A DNA stretch of 62,952 nucleotides, filler included, from Sphaeroforma arctica JP610 (GCF_001186125.1; 3 parts of 2 records of this genome joined end to end with filler, not necessarily neighbours in it); one strand, 5' to 3'. Shown: positions 1-12,917, counted from the first letter of the whole stretch. Translations and numbers: made by a program. The notes: a model not told the origin generated them from the letters alone.

Positions 1-1889
1 AGTTCAAACCACCTGGGATTACACTTCCAGTCAGTGGCTAGTAACTCACGTACGGATTTATTAAAGTCCGGTACAAAGCGTGATAACATATCCGGTAAAT
101 GGTTATGTATTCCTGGCAGATGTTTTATATCAAAATGAAACTTTGATATTGTATCATGCCAGCGACTCAGTAATTGTGAGTCGGGTTTCATCTCTTTCAT
201 ATATTGAAGCGATTTCTGATCACACATCAGCGTAAATGCTGTTCCGTATAAGTAATCTCGGAAGTGTGTTAGAGCTGCCACTATGCCTAATAGCTCTTGT
301 TTAACAGTTGGATAATTCAACTGTGAAGCATTCATTGCTCGACTAAAGGATTGTATATATCTAGGTTTGTCATCTATAACCTGATATAATACTCCTCCTA
401 AGGCTAAGTCGGAGGCGTCCGTTGCTATTTCAAACGGCACGCCGTCGACTGGTCCTTGTACAACTGGGGCTTGTTGGACTGCGTGTTTGAGCGCTTCAAA
501 CGCGTCATCACACTCTTTAGTCCACAAGTCTCCTAGTTTGCCTTTAGGACATCTTAAGTGTCCAAAAGGTTAAGGTAATCAGCCAAGTGTGGTACTCCAT
601 CTGAAAAGAAGTTTACAAACCCACACATGCTGTTAACATCTCTTCCTGTAGTTGGTGTTCGCCAATCTAACAGGTGTGCTACCTTACCGGGGTCGATTTT
701 AATACCTTCCCCAGATATATGGTAGCCTAAGAGCTGTATTTCGCTCATTGCGAAGTGGCATTTCTTCTCGTTAATCTTGAAATTTTGCTCGTTGAATCTC
801 TTAAGGACTCGTCTGACTAATGAGGCATGTACGCCCTTAGTCTTAGAAAAGATGACTATGTCATCTATATAGACTTGCACGTTAGGCATGTCTGTGAATA
901 TTTCTTCCATTACTTGTTGGAAGAATGCTGGCAACGAGTGTAACCCGAAAGGTGCACCTCTGAACCGCTATTATTTACCTTTCCGCGTAAAACTAAAGTA
1001 TTTACGATGTGGTTCATATACCTGCATTTGATGGTATCCTTGTGTAAGGTCTATAGTTGTAAATACTGTAGCACCTACCATCCTTCGCAGTAGCTCGTTA
1101 ATACGAGGTAAGTGAAAGCTATGAGTCGGCTATAATTTATTTATTGGACTCATATCTAAACATATTCTGACTTTCTTAAACGATCCATCAGAGTTATGTT
1201 GGTCTACGGCTAGCAGCGCCAAGTTAACTGGCGTCTGTTGATAGTTAATTTCTATCACTCCATCTGCTAGCCATTTCTCAACTTGTTCTTTTACCACAGC
1301 CTCGTGTCTCCAGGATACATAGTTCCTTGAGGGACACTTTAACTGTGTAAAGTCTACCTTGGTTAAGTCAAGGCTGACATATCCGTCGTTAAAGCGGAAT
1401 TTTGCCCAATCTGTGATCTTTATCTTCTTATTAACTAGAATCAGATCCATAATTTTGTTCGCAAAGTCAGGTAATAATGCCTTGACTGTGTCTGACGGGG
1501 GTAAAACCCTTATATGGATTCAGACAGTTATCGTCTGATTGATCCTTTTATAGATCTATATTATTTGGTAGACCCGTTACGGTTATACCTAGAGTGAATA
1601 AATCGCTCATTCCGACTATAATGTCGTACTTCTGTGACATCTTAACGATCACAGCTTGGGTAGTGATATGCCTATCATCGGCCAGGGAGATTTTAACATC
1701 TGTGGCCATGGTATCACACTTAGCAGTTTTATCATCAGCTAACATGAGGTGAGTTGTTTGTGTTCTCCTTTCGATTTATTTCATAAATGCAAAGTAATCG
1801 GATATACATGAAATTTCTGAACCAGGGTCAATCAACGCAAGGATTTTATTTCCATTGCAATATACAGGGATTATTACACGCTCATCTAA
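1..1889 (-). pseudogene. pol region (protease, reverse transcriptase, RNase H), disrupted
   Basis: DPG protease motif; YIDD RT motif in ORF 554-934; TDAS RNase H motif near 410-425; stops at 968-973 and 1130-1132; frameshift near 555. Confidence 0.92.
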
Positions 1890-4162
1890 AGAGTCGTTGT
1901 ATTTTCTGTGTAACGATTGTACCCGGTAGTACCTTCACTCCAATTTAAGCCATTGGTCTTCTCACACTTGTCGCACTTAATAAGAAAGTGTGTACAGGTG
2001 GATGCGTGTCTGCCATTCCAATAACCGTTAGGGGTTAATTAGTACATGTCATACCCACACTGTGCGTCGGCACATTTCTTAATCTCCTTAAATGGAGGTT
2101 CCATGTCATTTGCTCCCGCGCTTGCCCGTTTATTGGGTCGCGTGGATAGAGTGGAGTCGCGAGCACGTGTATGTTGGGGTCTCTCGTTTGAGGTCTGCCT
2201 GGATACGTACCCGTGATCGGTGTGCTCCCGCGGCTTCTTAACAGCCGCTTTTCCCTTCGATGTTACTCGGTGTGCGGGGAAAAGGGTGGATACAGTATCA
2301 TAAAACCGTTCCCACGTAAGTCGGGATAAATGAGACTTTGTTCCATGTCCCTTGTCTCGAGCCTCAGTCGCGTGTTTACGTTGCAACTCGGTGTACAGGC
2401 TCCCACGGTCGTTATTCCCTATGTTCTTGCAGAACACGTGCATAACCTGGAACTCGTACCATCGCTGTGCCTTGTCCTTTGTTATATCTGGACATTTCAG
2501 GTCAGCATCTAGCTTCAGAATATAACTCTGAATGGGCGTGTTCTCAACTGGTTCAGTTAAAATTGAACTCAGTCCAGGGCTACGCATGTCCTTACTTAAC
2601 AAGGATGTAACCAACCAACACACAGCTGGCCAGTCACGACAAGTGTCTAGCTCATGTTGGTGTTGCTGCAGGATCAAATAACTTGTACCTGTAGGGTCAA
2701 ACGTCTGCATTAAAGCAGAGATCCATTACTGGGGAGCGATATCATTCGTCTCCAGCATGACCGTAAACGGATTAAGCGTACGGGTTAGCGTGTCGAGGTC
2801 AAGGTTGTTTATAAACTCGACCTGCTTACTGTTGGCATCCCAGTTCGACTTAAGTCGAGTGATCTTTCCCTTGTACTTCTGGTTGTCCCTGTGGTCTTGT
2901 CCACGTTGGGCCTGAAGCAACTGATCAATGCGCTTTTGCTTAATCGCAATCATATTCGCAAAGTATGCTACATCATAAGCATGATGCGCATCGTGGGCGA
3001 TTTCCATTTTAATGGTGTAATCGTCGACCGATTTGTTAAGTACGGTCACCTCGTCAGAGTGAAAATCCTCTGCGGGTTGATGTAGTGCTGTGCGATCGAA
3101 GCGATTAAACTCGACTTCGTTAACACGCTTACGGGGGTGCTTATTACCCCTTGTAAAATCCATGGTCGAGGCCTTTCGGTGCTCTGTTCCTCAGATAGTG
3201 ATTGGTATTATAATCTTGGGTGATTCATGCGTCTGGATAATATACCCAGTCTTAACTGGTTTCCGACGATTGTCATCCCAATTGGGTAAAAGTGGCGGAG
3301 TATTTCTACCTGCCTTTGGGTCTATAATACCCTCAAGGACGGGTGATTCACGGCCGGGTGTCAGAACAGGCGAGTAATTAGCCTGAAGTTCTGGTGGTAG
3401 TACCTCGTAAGGTATAGATACGCTGAGCACATCTGGATCATATGCCACTGGTGTAGCGCTTGAGTCTTTACGTTCTTCGGGCGTAATTGCCTGTCGACGT
3501 TCTGTCCACTTCTGTAAGGCTTCAGTAATGCCCGGGGAAACATGCTCGCGTAAGTGCTGTGTATGTTTTCCTGATCTATATAATTGATCCACATGTTCGA
3601 TAGTCAAGTCTTTCATAATGGTAGCTAACTGATTCTTAAGATCAGCGTTTTCAGAAATTATCTTACTTATGCGCGTTGGCTTAGTAGTCTCGGACGTAGA
3701 TTCGGGTTTGCCACTTGAGCTTGCCTCCTCTTCTGGTTCCATAATAGGTTCCTTCTGAGATTTGTCCTTGTCCCCTATAATTGGGGACTCCCTTATAATT
3801 GGGGACTTTCCTTTCTGAGTTTCGTCAGAAGAATGGGTTGGGGCGTCTTGAGACGTGTCCCTTGTCTCACTTCTTGGCTTCGTAAATGCAAGCTTTGAAG
3901 TTGAGGCAATAGTTGGCCTTCGGGCTCTGTCAGTGGGAGTAATCTCCTTAATCGGAGTGGCTACATCCTTATCTGAAGCATTGTCCTTTTGACTATTATT
4001 GTCAGAGGCAAGTACTTCGGCTATAGTGAGGTTAAACGCATCAGCAGCGGCAGCGGTTGCTTCTGCGGCAGCAGTAGCTGCGGCAGCGTTAGCGGCTTCG
4101 CTCTCCTTCTTCTTCTTTTCAGCTTTACGCTTCTTAGAAGGAGTATTGTCTTTCTTGGTCAT
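1890..4162 (-). pseudogene. gag-like ORF of the retrotransposon (~750 codons, three internal stops)
   Basis: ORFs 3191-4162, 2726-3163 and 2039-2710 share one frame, separated by single stops (TGA 3191-3193, TAA 2726-2728, TAA 2039-2041). Cys/His clusters at the C-terminus (CADAQC...HASTC, CDKC) lie just before the protease. Confidence 0.75.
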
Positions 4163-4289
4163 AATCTTAACTTAAGACTACTAGCTTGTCTCTTAAGGAC
4201 TAGCTTGGACAAGAAAATTTTTGTGGTAGTTAATCTACCTTTACGCTTAAGTAGTCTAAGTAATTAATACCTTTGCTAACTTTAAAATG

Positions 4290-4654
4290 TGTAAGATTCG
4301 GTCTCTCAAGGCGATATTAACGCCTTAGAATAAATAAACGCGTAGGTAAATTCTAAGTATCGTGAAAATATCAAAGCAAATAAACGAAATAAGACTTTTA
4401 GTAAAGTTAGGTATGCCTCGTGAAAACAGCAATACTCAGAGGGAATGTGAGGCTGAGACATTGCCTATATATAATCCTCTCAGTACTGTTTCCGCCGAAG
4501 GGATTTTATTAGTGTTTCGTTGTCGCTCTATTAGAAACTATGGTATGTTTCATTGGGGCGAATCCGAGAGACTCATAAAATCCTATCTTTAGAAAAATAA
4601 ATATAAAAACAAAAAAACTCTTGATGTCCTTAGTTATTGTCTTAACCAATAACA
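4290..4654 (-). repeat. Candidate 5' LTR of the Gypsy element
   Basis: TGT...ACA termini, about 130 bp upstream of the gag ATG, with a TATA-like TATATATA near 4466-4474. No second LTR or clear PBS in the window to confirm it. Confidence 0.35.
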
Positions 4655-4947
4655 TGCCACTTATCAAGAATTACCGACTTAGCCTTCCTCAGACTGACAC
4701 ATCTGGTTGGCTGATCGGAGGATCAACTAGGTAACGTTAATAGTCCCTAGAAACCTATATTCGGTTGAGCCATCTCGCTACCGAAGTATTCAGATAGAAA
4801 TAAAGTTGGAAAGTAAATATGGTTCTATTAGTAGAACTAGACCAACTCTTTATGTTTGGCATTTTACTGAGGCCTTTAATGACCTCGTCCAAATATCTGA
4901 TATGTAAAATGGAAAAGGTATTAGTCAATAAAACAATTAAAAACCAT

Positions 4948-5023
4948 TTTAGGAAACTTAGGTTCCTCTTGCTATTAAGAGTACATTTAGGAAACTTAAG
5001 TTCCTCGTACTATTAAGAGTACG
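4948..5023. repeat. 38-bp tandem duplication
   Basis: tttaggaaactta(g/a)gttcctc...tattaagagtac begins at 4948 and again at 4986. Confidence 0.85.
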
Positions 5024-5031
5024 TTTATAAT

Positions 5032-6530
5032 TTATGTACTGCTTAAGAATACGTTTATAACATAGATTCTAATGTGGAGGCCCGGTTTATCACATATCTG
5101 GATGCATTCGTGACCGTTAGCCTCTATTGTTTCTTCTCTGGTGTAGTGGCCCACTGTGTGGCGGAGCTCGATGAGAATAGCTCGTTGCTCATATATGATG
5201 CCATCTGCGACGTTGTTATTCACGTTCTGTGTCTAATGTCAACACTTTGATAGCAGGTTGTGTTTGCTTTCTGTCCAAAAACGGTGAATTTGTACCTATT
5301 TTGGCCACTAGTATTGTTTCCCGTGGTGTTTTACCATCAGCTATCATTTCTTCATTTATCGTGTGATTTCAACAACACTAGGTCTTCTTCCAGTATGGAT
5401 AGGAGGGTGCGTAGTATTGTTATGCTGGTTATTTCTTCAATTACTTAGTCTTAAAGACCTGTGAGATGAGTTCCCACGGTGGATTGGCCCTAGTTCTGCA
5501 AAAAGGCATTTGTGAAATAATTCTCTGTGTGCGCATTCTGTGCTGCTGTAAACAGATCTATTGTAGACCTGCCATACGTCCTTTCTGCTTCTCGTAGAAA
5601 CTGGGGCAGAGTTTCGAATTTATTACGGAAACTGTTAATAGCATGTTAGTTTCTAAGCCAGTGTAGCCTGACTGTTTAGTGTGTTTTTGTTTTGTTTGCT
5701 CCTTTCATTATTTCTAATGTCTTCTGTTAAATTAGTCTTCATGTAAACGAGAAAGCCTGCCCGTCACTTACTTGCCGTTGCATGGTACGCGTATAATTGT
5801 AAAATGATGGCGGAAGGCGTCTTCACTATCCATTTTGCCAACATGGCGTAGGGTGTGTTGTCGGTTCACCTACGACTGTGCTTTGTGGTCTGTCAATAAA
5901 TTTATGTCACCACTTTTTCAGTGCAAGTGCGAGTAAGAAACGGTTGGGGTTGTGTTGGTTGCATAGCGCTATTGTGCAGGGTTTTACCATTTTGAAAGGT
6001 TTAGTACGTCTTTTCGAGCCCCGTGTTGGAATAAATACTCCCTTTGCGGTGTTCACTAGCATCGTTCATGATTTGAAAGGGACTCCGCTTACCGGATACG
6101 CTAGTGTGGCTGAGTATGCTATGGCTTTCTTAAGTTCTTCACACTTCTTTTTCAATTCTGGAATCCACAAATTGGAGATGTTTGGCATCGCCTTTCTTTT
6201 CATGAGATTGCGGAAGTGTGTCGTAGTGTGGACAATGTAAAATGTGGTGTCGAATGTAATATGCAAACCCTATAGCTCTTGTGTATATCTCGTTTTGCTC
6301 TGGAGAATGGCCAATCATTCATATATTCTTGTTTTTCAGAACCTCATCTGAGCCCTTGGGAAGATGGTAACTATCACCCCAGTATGTTGACTGTTTTGAC
6401 TGCGAAAGTGCACTTCAGGTGATTTGAACGGAAGCTTGTTTGATTTAGTCTTTTTATTGCTTTCCATACAATGCGTCGAGGTTCTCCTTTCGTGAGACTC
6501 GCTATGACTATATCATCCATATATTTTTGT
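5032..6530 (-). mobile_element. Second, older Ty3/Gypsy pol fragment (RT, RNase H, start of integrase zinc finger)
   Basis: YMDDIVIAS (YMDD at 6512-6523); RT-RNaseH linker ELKKAIAYSATLAYP..GVPF in ORF 6066-6266; RAILIELRHTVGH (integrase HH-like) in ORF 5032-5223; heavily frameshifted. Confidence 0.7.
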
Positions 6531-6559
6531 ACCCTTTTTGTCTATCAGCAAATATCCCA

Positions 6560-6960
6560 TGACTCATTGGAATTGTGCTGACAGTGAATATAGAGGAAAT
6601 ACTCTAAATGTACATGGCCTACATGAGAAATACGTTATTTCAAATACACAGATGAGTTGTACACAAATCAAACGAGATACATGCTATGCAGGCTGCCTAT
6701 GTCTACAAGGGGAGCAGCACATGTGTCCGAAATTTTGATCCCGTGGAATCAAAGGAACGGACATTGGAATCTGGCGATTGTTACATTGTATAAAGTAGCG
6801 CTACAGGTATTATATTAGATAGTATGCCAACTCCTGCTAGAGCTGATTTATATAGTAAGATGGAAGTACAATTCTCATATGGTCCTGTAAAAGATAATCA
6901 TCGACCACGTGAGTTGCGCACTAGGCAGAGTAAGATAAGCTTAAATGAAGCAGCATATAC
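6560..6960 (+). pseudogene. Ulp1/C48-like cysteine protease relic
   Basis: From 6723 reads VSEILIPWNQRNGHWNLAIV, then after a frameshift GIILDSM, matching the His and Asp motifs of C48 proteases. The catalytic Cys motif is not recognisable. Confidence 0.45.
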
Positions 6961-7062
6961 AAACAACAAATAATAAAAGACAACATAACCTCCCTCATCA
7001 AATTTATTCGTCAAAAATTGATATAGCCGAAGGCTCCTTGATTTAAATTTAAACAAATTTTG

Positions 7063-7228
7063 CACGATAAAGTCACTAAATGTACATAAATAAAAATGTA
7101 ATTGTCGCTAAATGTACATTTGTACATATTTGATCAATATTCCAGTACGTTTTCATCGACAAAATGGGTGAATGTACATTTTGTGACTTTTCCACATTTT
7201 GGATATACATTTAGCGACTTTGTTCGTG
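7063..7228. mobile_element. MITE-like element with ~25-bp imperfect terminal inverted repeats
   Basis: Left end cacgataaagtcactaaatgtacat; reverse complement of right end cacgaacaaagtcgctaaatgtatat; internal aatgtacat repeats. Confidence 0.6.
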
Positions 7229-7351
7229 AATATAAGCCAAACAATGCTGATTTGAACGAGTATTGACTCAAACATACCGACTGTAAAAAGTGTCTGCTTT
7301 TTTTTTCATCCACTGAAGTGGTGAGAACCTCAGGTGAAATCTAGTTTAAAG

Positions 7352-9300
7352 ACGAACTAGGCTCTTTCTGAGTTGTGGAGTACTTCTTTACTTTTTGGTA
7401 TTACGACCTTATATTGTTCGTATTGATAGTTTATTTCTCTTGAATCTTAACATGTACGCACTTGCTTAATTGATCGTGTTGATCGTGTTCTCCCATTTAG
7501 AGTAGTGGCAAGTTCACTTGCGTGATTGTTGTTCCGTTTGAATATGTGCCCATCTTTACCTCATCTATGTACATTTTCATATGTTTAAGGTATGTATTTG
7601 TGTGGCACAAATTTTACTTCCGCATGCCTCATCTGCCTGATGCTAATTTTAATATTAGGTACTTCTACCGTACCTCCTGAGAGGTTGCAATGTACATCTG
7701 GATCAATACATTTTTCTCTGGCATGTATAAGCGAAACTTTAGAAGCCTTCCTGTTCGTCATCTGGATCTTCCTCATGTGGTTCGTGTAGTGATTCCACTG
7801 GCGTCAGTTGGTATAAATCGACTAAATATTACTGTTAGTCGCACGATGCGGGGAACGTCGATACGTTTCATTGACAACGAACTAGGCTCTTTCTGAGTTG
7901 TGGAGTACTTTTTCATTTTTGGTACTACGAACTTATATTGTTCGTATTGATAGTTTATTTCTCTTGAATCTTAACATGTACACACTTGCTTAATTGATCA
8001 TGTTTGATCGTGTTCTCCCATATAAAGTAGTTGCAAGTTCACTTGCATGATTGTTGTTCCGTTCGGATATGTGCACATCTTTAATTCATCTATATACATT
8101 CTCATATTCTTGAGGCATGTATTTGTGTGGCACAAAGTTCACTTCCGTATGCCTCACCTACCTGATGCTAATTTTATTATTAGGTACCTCTACCGTACCT
8201 CATGAGAGATTGCAATGTACATCTGGATCAATACATCATTCTTTGGCATGTATACGAGAAATTTTCGAAACCTAACTGTTCATGATCTGAATCTTCCTCA
8301 TGTGGTTCGAGTAGGGATTCCACTGGCGTCAGTTGGTATAAATTGACTAATTATTCCTGTCAGTCACACGATGCGGGGAACGTCGATACGTTTCATTGAC
8401 AACGAACTAGGCTCTTTCTAAGTTGTGGAGTACATTTTTCTTCTTTTATTTTTGGTACTGCGAACATATCTTGTTCGTATTGATAGTTTATTTCTCTTGA
8501 ATCTTAACATGTACGCACCTGCATAATTGATCATGTTTGATCGTGTTCTCCCATATAAAGTAGTTGCAAGTTCACTTGCGTGATTGTTGTTCCGTTCGGA
8601 TATGGGCCCATCTTTAACTCATCTATATACATTCTCATATTCTTGAGGCATGTATTTGTGTGGCACAAAGTTCACTTCCGTATGCCTCGCCTACCTGATG
8701 CCAATTTTATTATTAGGTACATCTACCGTACCTCATGAGAGATTGCAATGTACATCTGGATCAATACATCATTCTCTGGCATGTATGCGAGATTTTCTCT
8801 CGCTCGAAACCTTCCTGTTCATGATCTGAATCTTCCTCATGTGGTTCGAGTAGGGATCCCATTGGCGTTAGTTGGTATAAATCGACTAAATATTCCTGTT
8901 AGTCGCACGATACGAGGAGCGTCAATATGTTTCATTGACAACGAACTAGGCTCTTTCTGAGTTGTGGAGTACTTTTTTCACTTTTGGTACTACGAAGATA
9001 TCTTGTTCGCATTGATAGTTTATTTCTCTTGTATCTTAACATGTACGCACTTGCTTAATTGATCATGTTTGATCGTGTTCTCCCATATAAAGTAGTTGCA
9101 AGTTCACTTGCGTGATTGTTGTTCCGTTCGGATAGCATGTATGCGAGATTTTCTCTCTCTCAAAACCTTCCTGTTTATCATCTGGATCTTCCTCATGTGG
9201 TTCGAGTAGTGATCTCATTGGCGTCAGTTAATATAAATGGTCTAACTATTTTTGTAAGTCACACGATGCGGGGAACGGCGATACGTTACATTGACAACGA
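7352..9300. repeat. Tandem array of ~525-bp units (4 units, last one internally deleted)
   Basis: acgaactaggctctttct recurs at 7352, 7877, 8402 and 8941; the array ends near 9300. Periods 525, 525, 539 and ~356 bp. Confidence 0.95.
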
Positions 9301-9452
9301 AGGAACCTCCGACTTATCTCACCTTGTAGTATGCTCCGCCTCTACTCCAGAGGGATAAGGACCACGGGCCCCGTTGTGGAGCCCTCGCTGCGAAGCGTAC
9401 CAAACGAGAGAACAGGCCAAGACAAACCCCGATGAGCGTCGTCGAGAACTCG

Positions 9453-9612
9453 TGTCATAAACAATTATTGGTGGTAGGTTTCTAATTATCACCCCGTAAG
9501 GGGCAAGTTTTTCCCTGTACTGAAACACCAATTTTCAAAATTACAGTATCAAAGGCGTCACTTTCCACCACTTCACACAGGCTCACTAGCGAATAGTTGG
9601 GGGCCTGTGACA
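9453..9612. repeat. Short LTR-like segment (TGTCA...TGACA)
   Basis: 5-bp inverted termini typical of Gypsy LTRs, abutting a decayed gag/pol. No TSD, PBS or PPT seen. Confidence 0.25.
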
Positions 9613-11648
9613 TCCGAGTACTAAAAAATGCAAATACCAAACGCCAAAATCAGAACCCCAAGCCAAGGATTCCCAAATCCCAAGTTTATGATTTAGGTCG
9701 TCAGAAATATGGCGGGAACGCCTGGTCTCACCAGGTTCTCTCGTACAAGAAACACTCAAGTCAAAACTCAGTTTAGTGAATCAGAAAAATACAAATCACA
9801 ACTAAAGACTCGATGCGTTTCTCTCAGGTATGGACCTTTCCTATATGTGATAAACGTACTTTAGAGAAGTCTATTGTTTCCAATGGTCGAGGTACTCTCA
9901 TACTCGCAATTGGGTTTAAAAGCTCACAATACCAAACTTCTAAAGTACAAAATACAGACACTACTTTCCATCGCTACAGCACCACTTCAGCGGGATTGCC
10001 GACTTGGGTATTTAATGTTTTGAATGGCCATGTACGTAAACTCTTCATTGATACAGGTACACAAGCAACGTTGTGGGGCGATGTCAAACTCTGAACAAAC
10101 TGGCTACGAGAACGTACTATTAGCGTAAATAATCGCGTACGGTCTCATCACAAATTTTCTTGCAACAGGACACCCCAATCACCCCCATGGGCTTGATTTA
10201 ACTGCCTAGTGGAATTTAAATTCCACGGTTCCACCGCAAGTACCCCTGAACACCCTGCCTCAGACTGCTACGTATTCAAATCTAGCTACTCAGTGTCAGA
10301 TGAACACAAGATTCTTTTCTTCCAGACCGCAATGTCCAGTGGTCCCCTGATGGTGAATATAGCTTCCGCTCTGACTCGCCGTCCTCCTATATTTTCAATC
10401 TCTGCCAACCGGATATCCCTTGGCAGCCCTAAAAAACCTCCGATTCGTTGTGTTGGTACTACCCCACCACAAATTGGCATTCACTAACCCTTATAACAAT
10501 GTGACATCTCAGGTGAACCCTCTCTGGCAATGTTTCTTGACGTCAAGCAGCCTGATATCCTCCCATAATCTGTTCATATCCAACAGGTGCAAATCTGGCC
10601 TGAATAATACTTGCAGATACCTTTGAATTTGACATTTCCTTTCCAGATCCTATCGATCACAACAACGTATTATCTACTCCGCTAAACGCTGGAAACTCAC
10701 GTGTGTCTCTTACTTCCTCAACTCTGTCTCCCAGACGTAGCTCCTATGATGACTTTGCAGTAGATTAGGTAAATGACTGATCCAACCAGCCCTAGCTAGG
10801 TATTACAACTTTAATAGGTCACACATTCCGATGATACCTCCTCCCCCCCCCGCTCCCCACACCAAGTCACTCTGATCCATATCCCACCTATATACCTCTC
10901 CCTAAGGCTTTCATTGCCGACAAGCTAAGCTACTCCCCCTAGTAGCCACTCCTTGAAACACTGTTCCCGCTCACTCCTACATATTCTGCACTTGAACTCA
11001 GATTCAGCGATCTCGACTCTTGCTCACCACTCCGCCCGTTTCAGCAAAATACAGACTATACAACCAACTCTTTGAGATCTTGGTGCAATCTACGATCCAC
11101 TCGTACACAAGCCCACTACTTCAGCACGCAATTGTGCGAACCAATCCCAGTGGGATATAGCTACTACACAATGTGAGGACCATATCAGAAACGAGCTAGC
11201 TAACACCATTCCCTTTGCTGATCCCATCTACCTCTAAAATCATACACAGGAAGTATATGATTGTACTGATACATTATGAGTATGGTCGTCCATTCCGTTA
11301 TATGAAACAGTTATACCAAGACATTTCCCCCTGATGCAAAGGCCCTCGGTACTTCGTGCACTCGTAATCAACCACCTCGTTCGGCGCTACGCTACCCCAA
11401 GCCCAATATGACGCTTAACTTTGTGTACTTCTCTACCTGGCTGGCACCACCGATTTTTGCTCTCATTTTTCATCCACGTACAGCTACCTATTCCATTAAC
11501 TCCACTCTACTATCCTATAGAGATTCCGACTAGGCCCCATGCCTCAATACTGGACTATCATAAACCGGCACATTGATATGTTCCAATCACAGACCGATCT
11601 ATACCAGAAACATCGCATAGATACACACATTCTTATGATCTCTTAGCC
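9613..11648 (+). mobile_element. Highly decayed plus-strand LTR-retrotransposon relic
   Basis: Retropepsin motif LNGHVRKLFIDTGTQATL in ORF 9813-10094; degenerate knuckle-like CFQWSRYSHTRNW upstream; only weak RT/RNaseH-like traces downstream. Confidence 0.5.
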
Positions 11649-11961
11649 NNNNNNNNNNNNNNNNNNNNNNNNNNNNNNNNNNNNNNNNNNNNNNNNNNNN
11701 NNNNNNNNNNNNNNNNNNNNNNNNNNNNNNNNNNNNNNNNNNNNNNNNNNNNNNNNNNNNNNNNNNNNNNNNNNNNNNNNNNNNNNNNNNNNNNNNNNNN
11801 NNNNNNNNNNNNNNNNNNNNNNNNNNNNNNNNNNNNNNNNNNNNNNNNNNNNNNNNNNNNNNNNNNNNNNNNNNNNNNNNNNNNNNNNNNNNNNNNNNNN
11901 NNNNNNNNNNNNNNNNNNNNNNNNNNNNNNNNNNNNNNNNNNNNNNNNNNNNNNNNNNNNN
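11649..11961. other. Assembly gap (N run)
   Basis: 313 consecutive Ns. Confidence 1.
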
Positions 11962-12620
11962 AATGTATTTGCAACTAAATAAATAAATGAATAAATAAAT
12001 GCATATATATTTACATAGATACATACATAAAAATAAATACACAGATAAATTCATTTATACATTTATATAAACATAAATACATACATTCGGAGAGGGTGAG
12101 GTCTTAAAAACTGAGAGTCTTGATAGCAGTTACAGATCATATATACATTTATATAAACATAAATACATACATCCATACATATATGCATACATACATACAC
12201 ACACACACATATATATATATATAAAAGTATATATACAGATATATATATACATATGTTTACTTATATACATACACACACACATACATATATAGACATAAAC
12301 ATAAACATATACATACACACATGAATACATATACGAAAGATAAAGATATATATAGACAGATACAGATATTTAAATGTGCATATAAATATAAAGATAGGGG
12401 TAAAGAAGTAAATTCTGCATGCATACGTATAAATATATGTATGTTTACAAATATTAAAATGTATTTAGATAAATACAGATAATCACATACATACATGCAA
12501 TCAGACATCAGCACATTCGTATAATTGAATATATGCATAATACATGTATATATGATATGTAAATATAAATAAATAGATATAGTGATCAAGAGCACAGTCA
12601 TATAGTCAATAGAGATGTGG
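11962..12620. repeat. AT-rich degenerate microsatellite / low-complexity tract
   Basis: Runs of ATAC, ATAT, ATAA and AC motifs. Confidence 0.8.
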
Positions 12621-12917
12621 AGAAATACATCCCGTATGTACCTCAAAATACCTAAATGAGCACATTTAATAATTTGTCCTTAGAAACAATTTATATACTC
12701 AAGCGAGGCCACGAAACTCTGAATTTGTCTAGACTCTCCCAATTTTTTTCCTCCGATCGCGAATCATTCATGCTTTATTTCTGTCATTGTCGAATTCAAC
12801 ACCGCCAAATCAACACCAAGATGCAATTTGGTGGTATATACTTTTGGCAAGTGATACACGATGTGGAACGGGGAGGAAACTTTACTGTACTGGATGGTGA
12901 TCCGTGTAGATATTTTC

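Larger units (their letters stand above)
1..4654 (-). mobile_element. Degenerate Ty3/Gypsy-type LTR retrotransposon (gag-PR-RT-RNaseH), continuing past the window start
   Basis: Minus-strand order: long gag-like ORF; aspartic protease (ILALIDPGSEIS, ~1800-1845); RT (RICLDMSPIN, RFRGAPFGL, VYIDDIVIFS); RNase H (FEIATDASDLALGGVLYQ, QELLGIVAALTHFRDYLYG). Broken by in-frame stops and frameshifts. Confidence 0.93.

Noticed and set aside
7352..9300. Tandem array as a CRISPR array or a protein-coding repeat (525 is a multiple of 3)
   Set aside because: No short repeat/unique spacer structure; the minus frame I translated has about 8 stops per unit, near random expectation.
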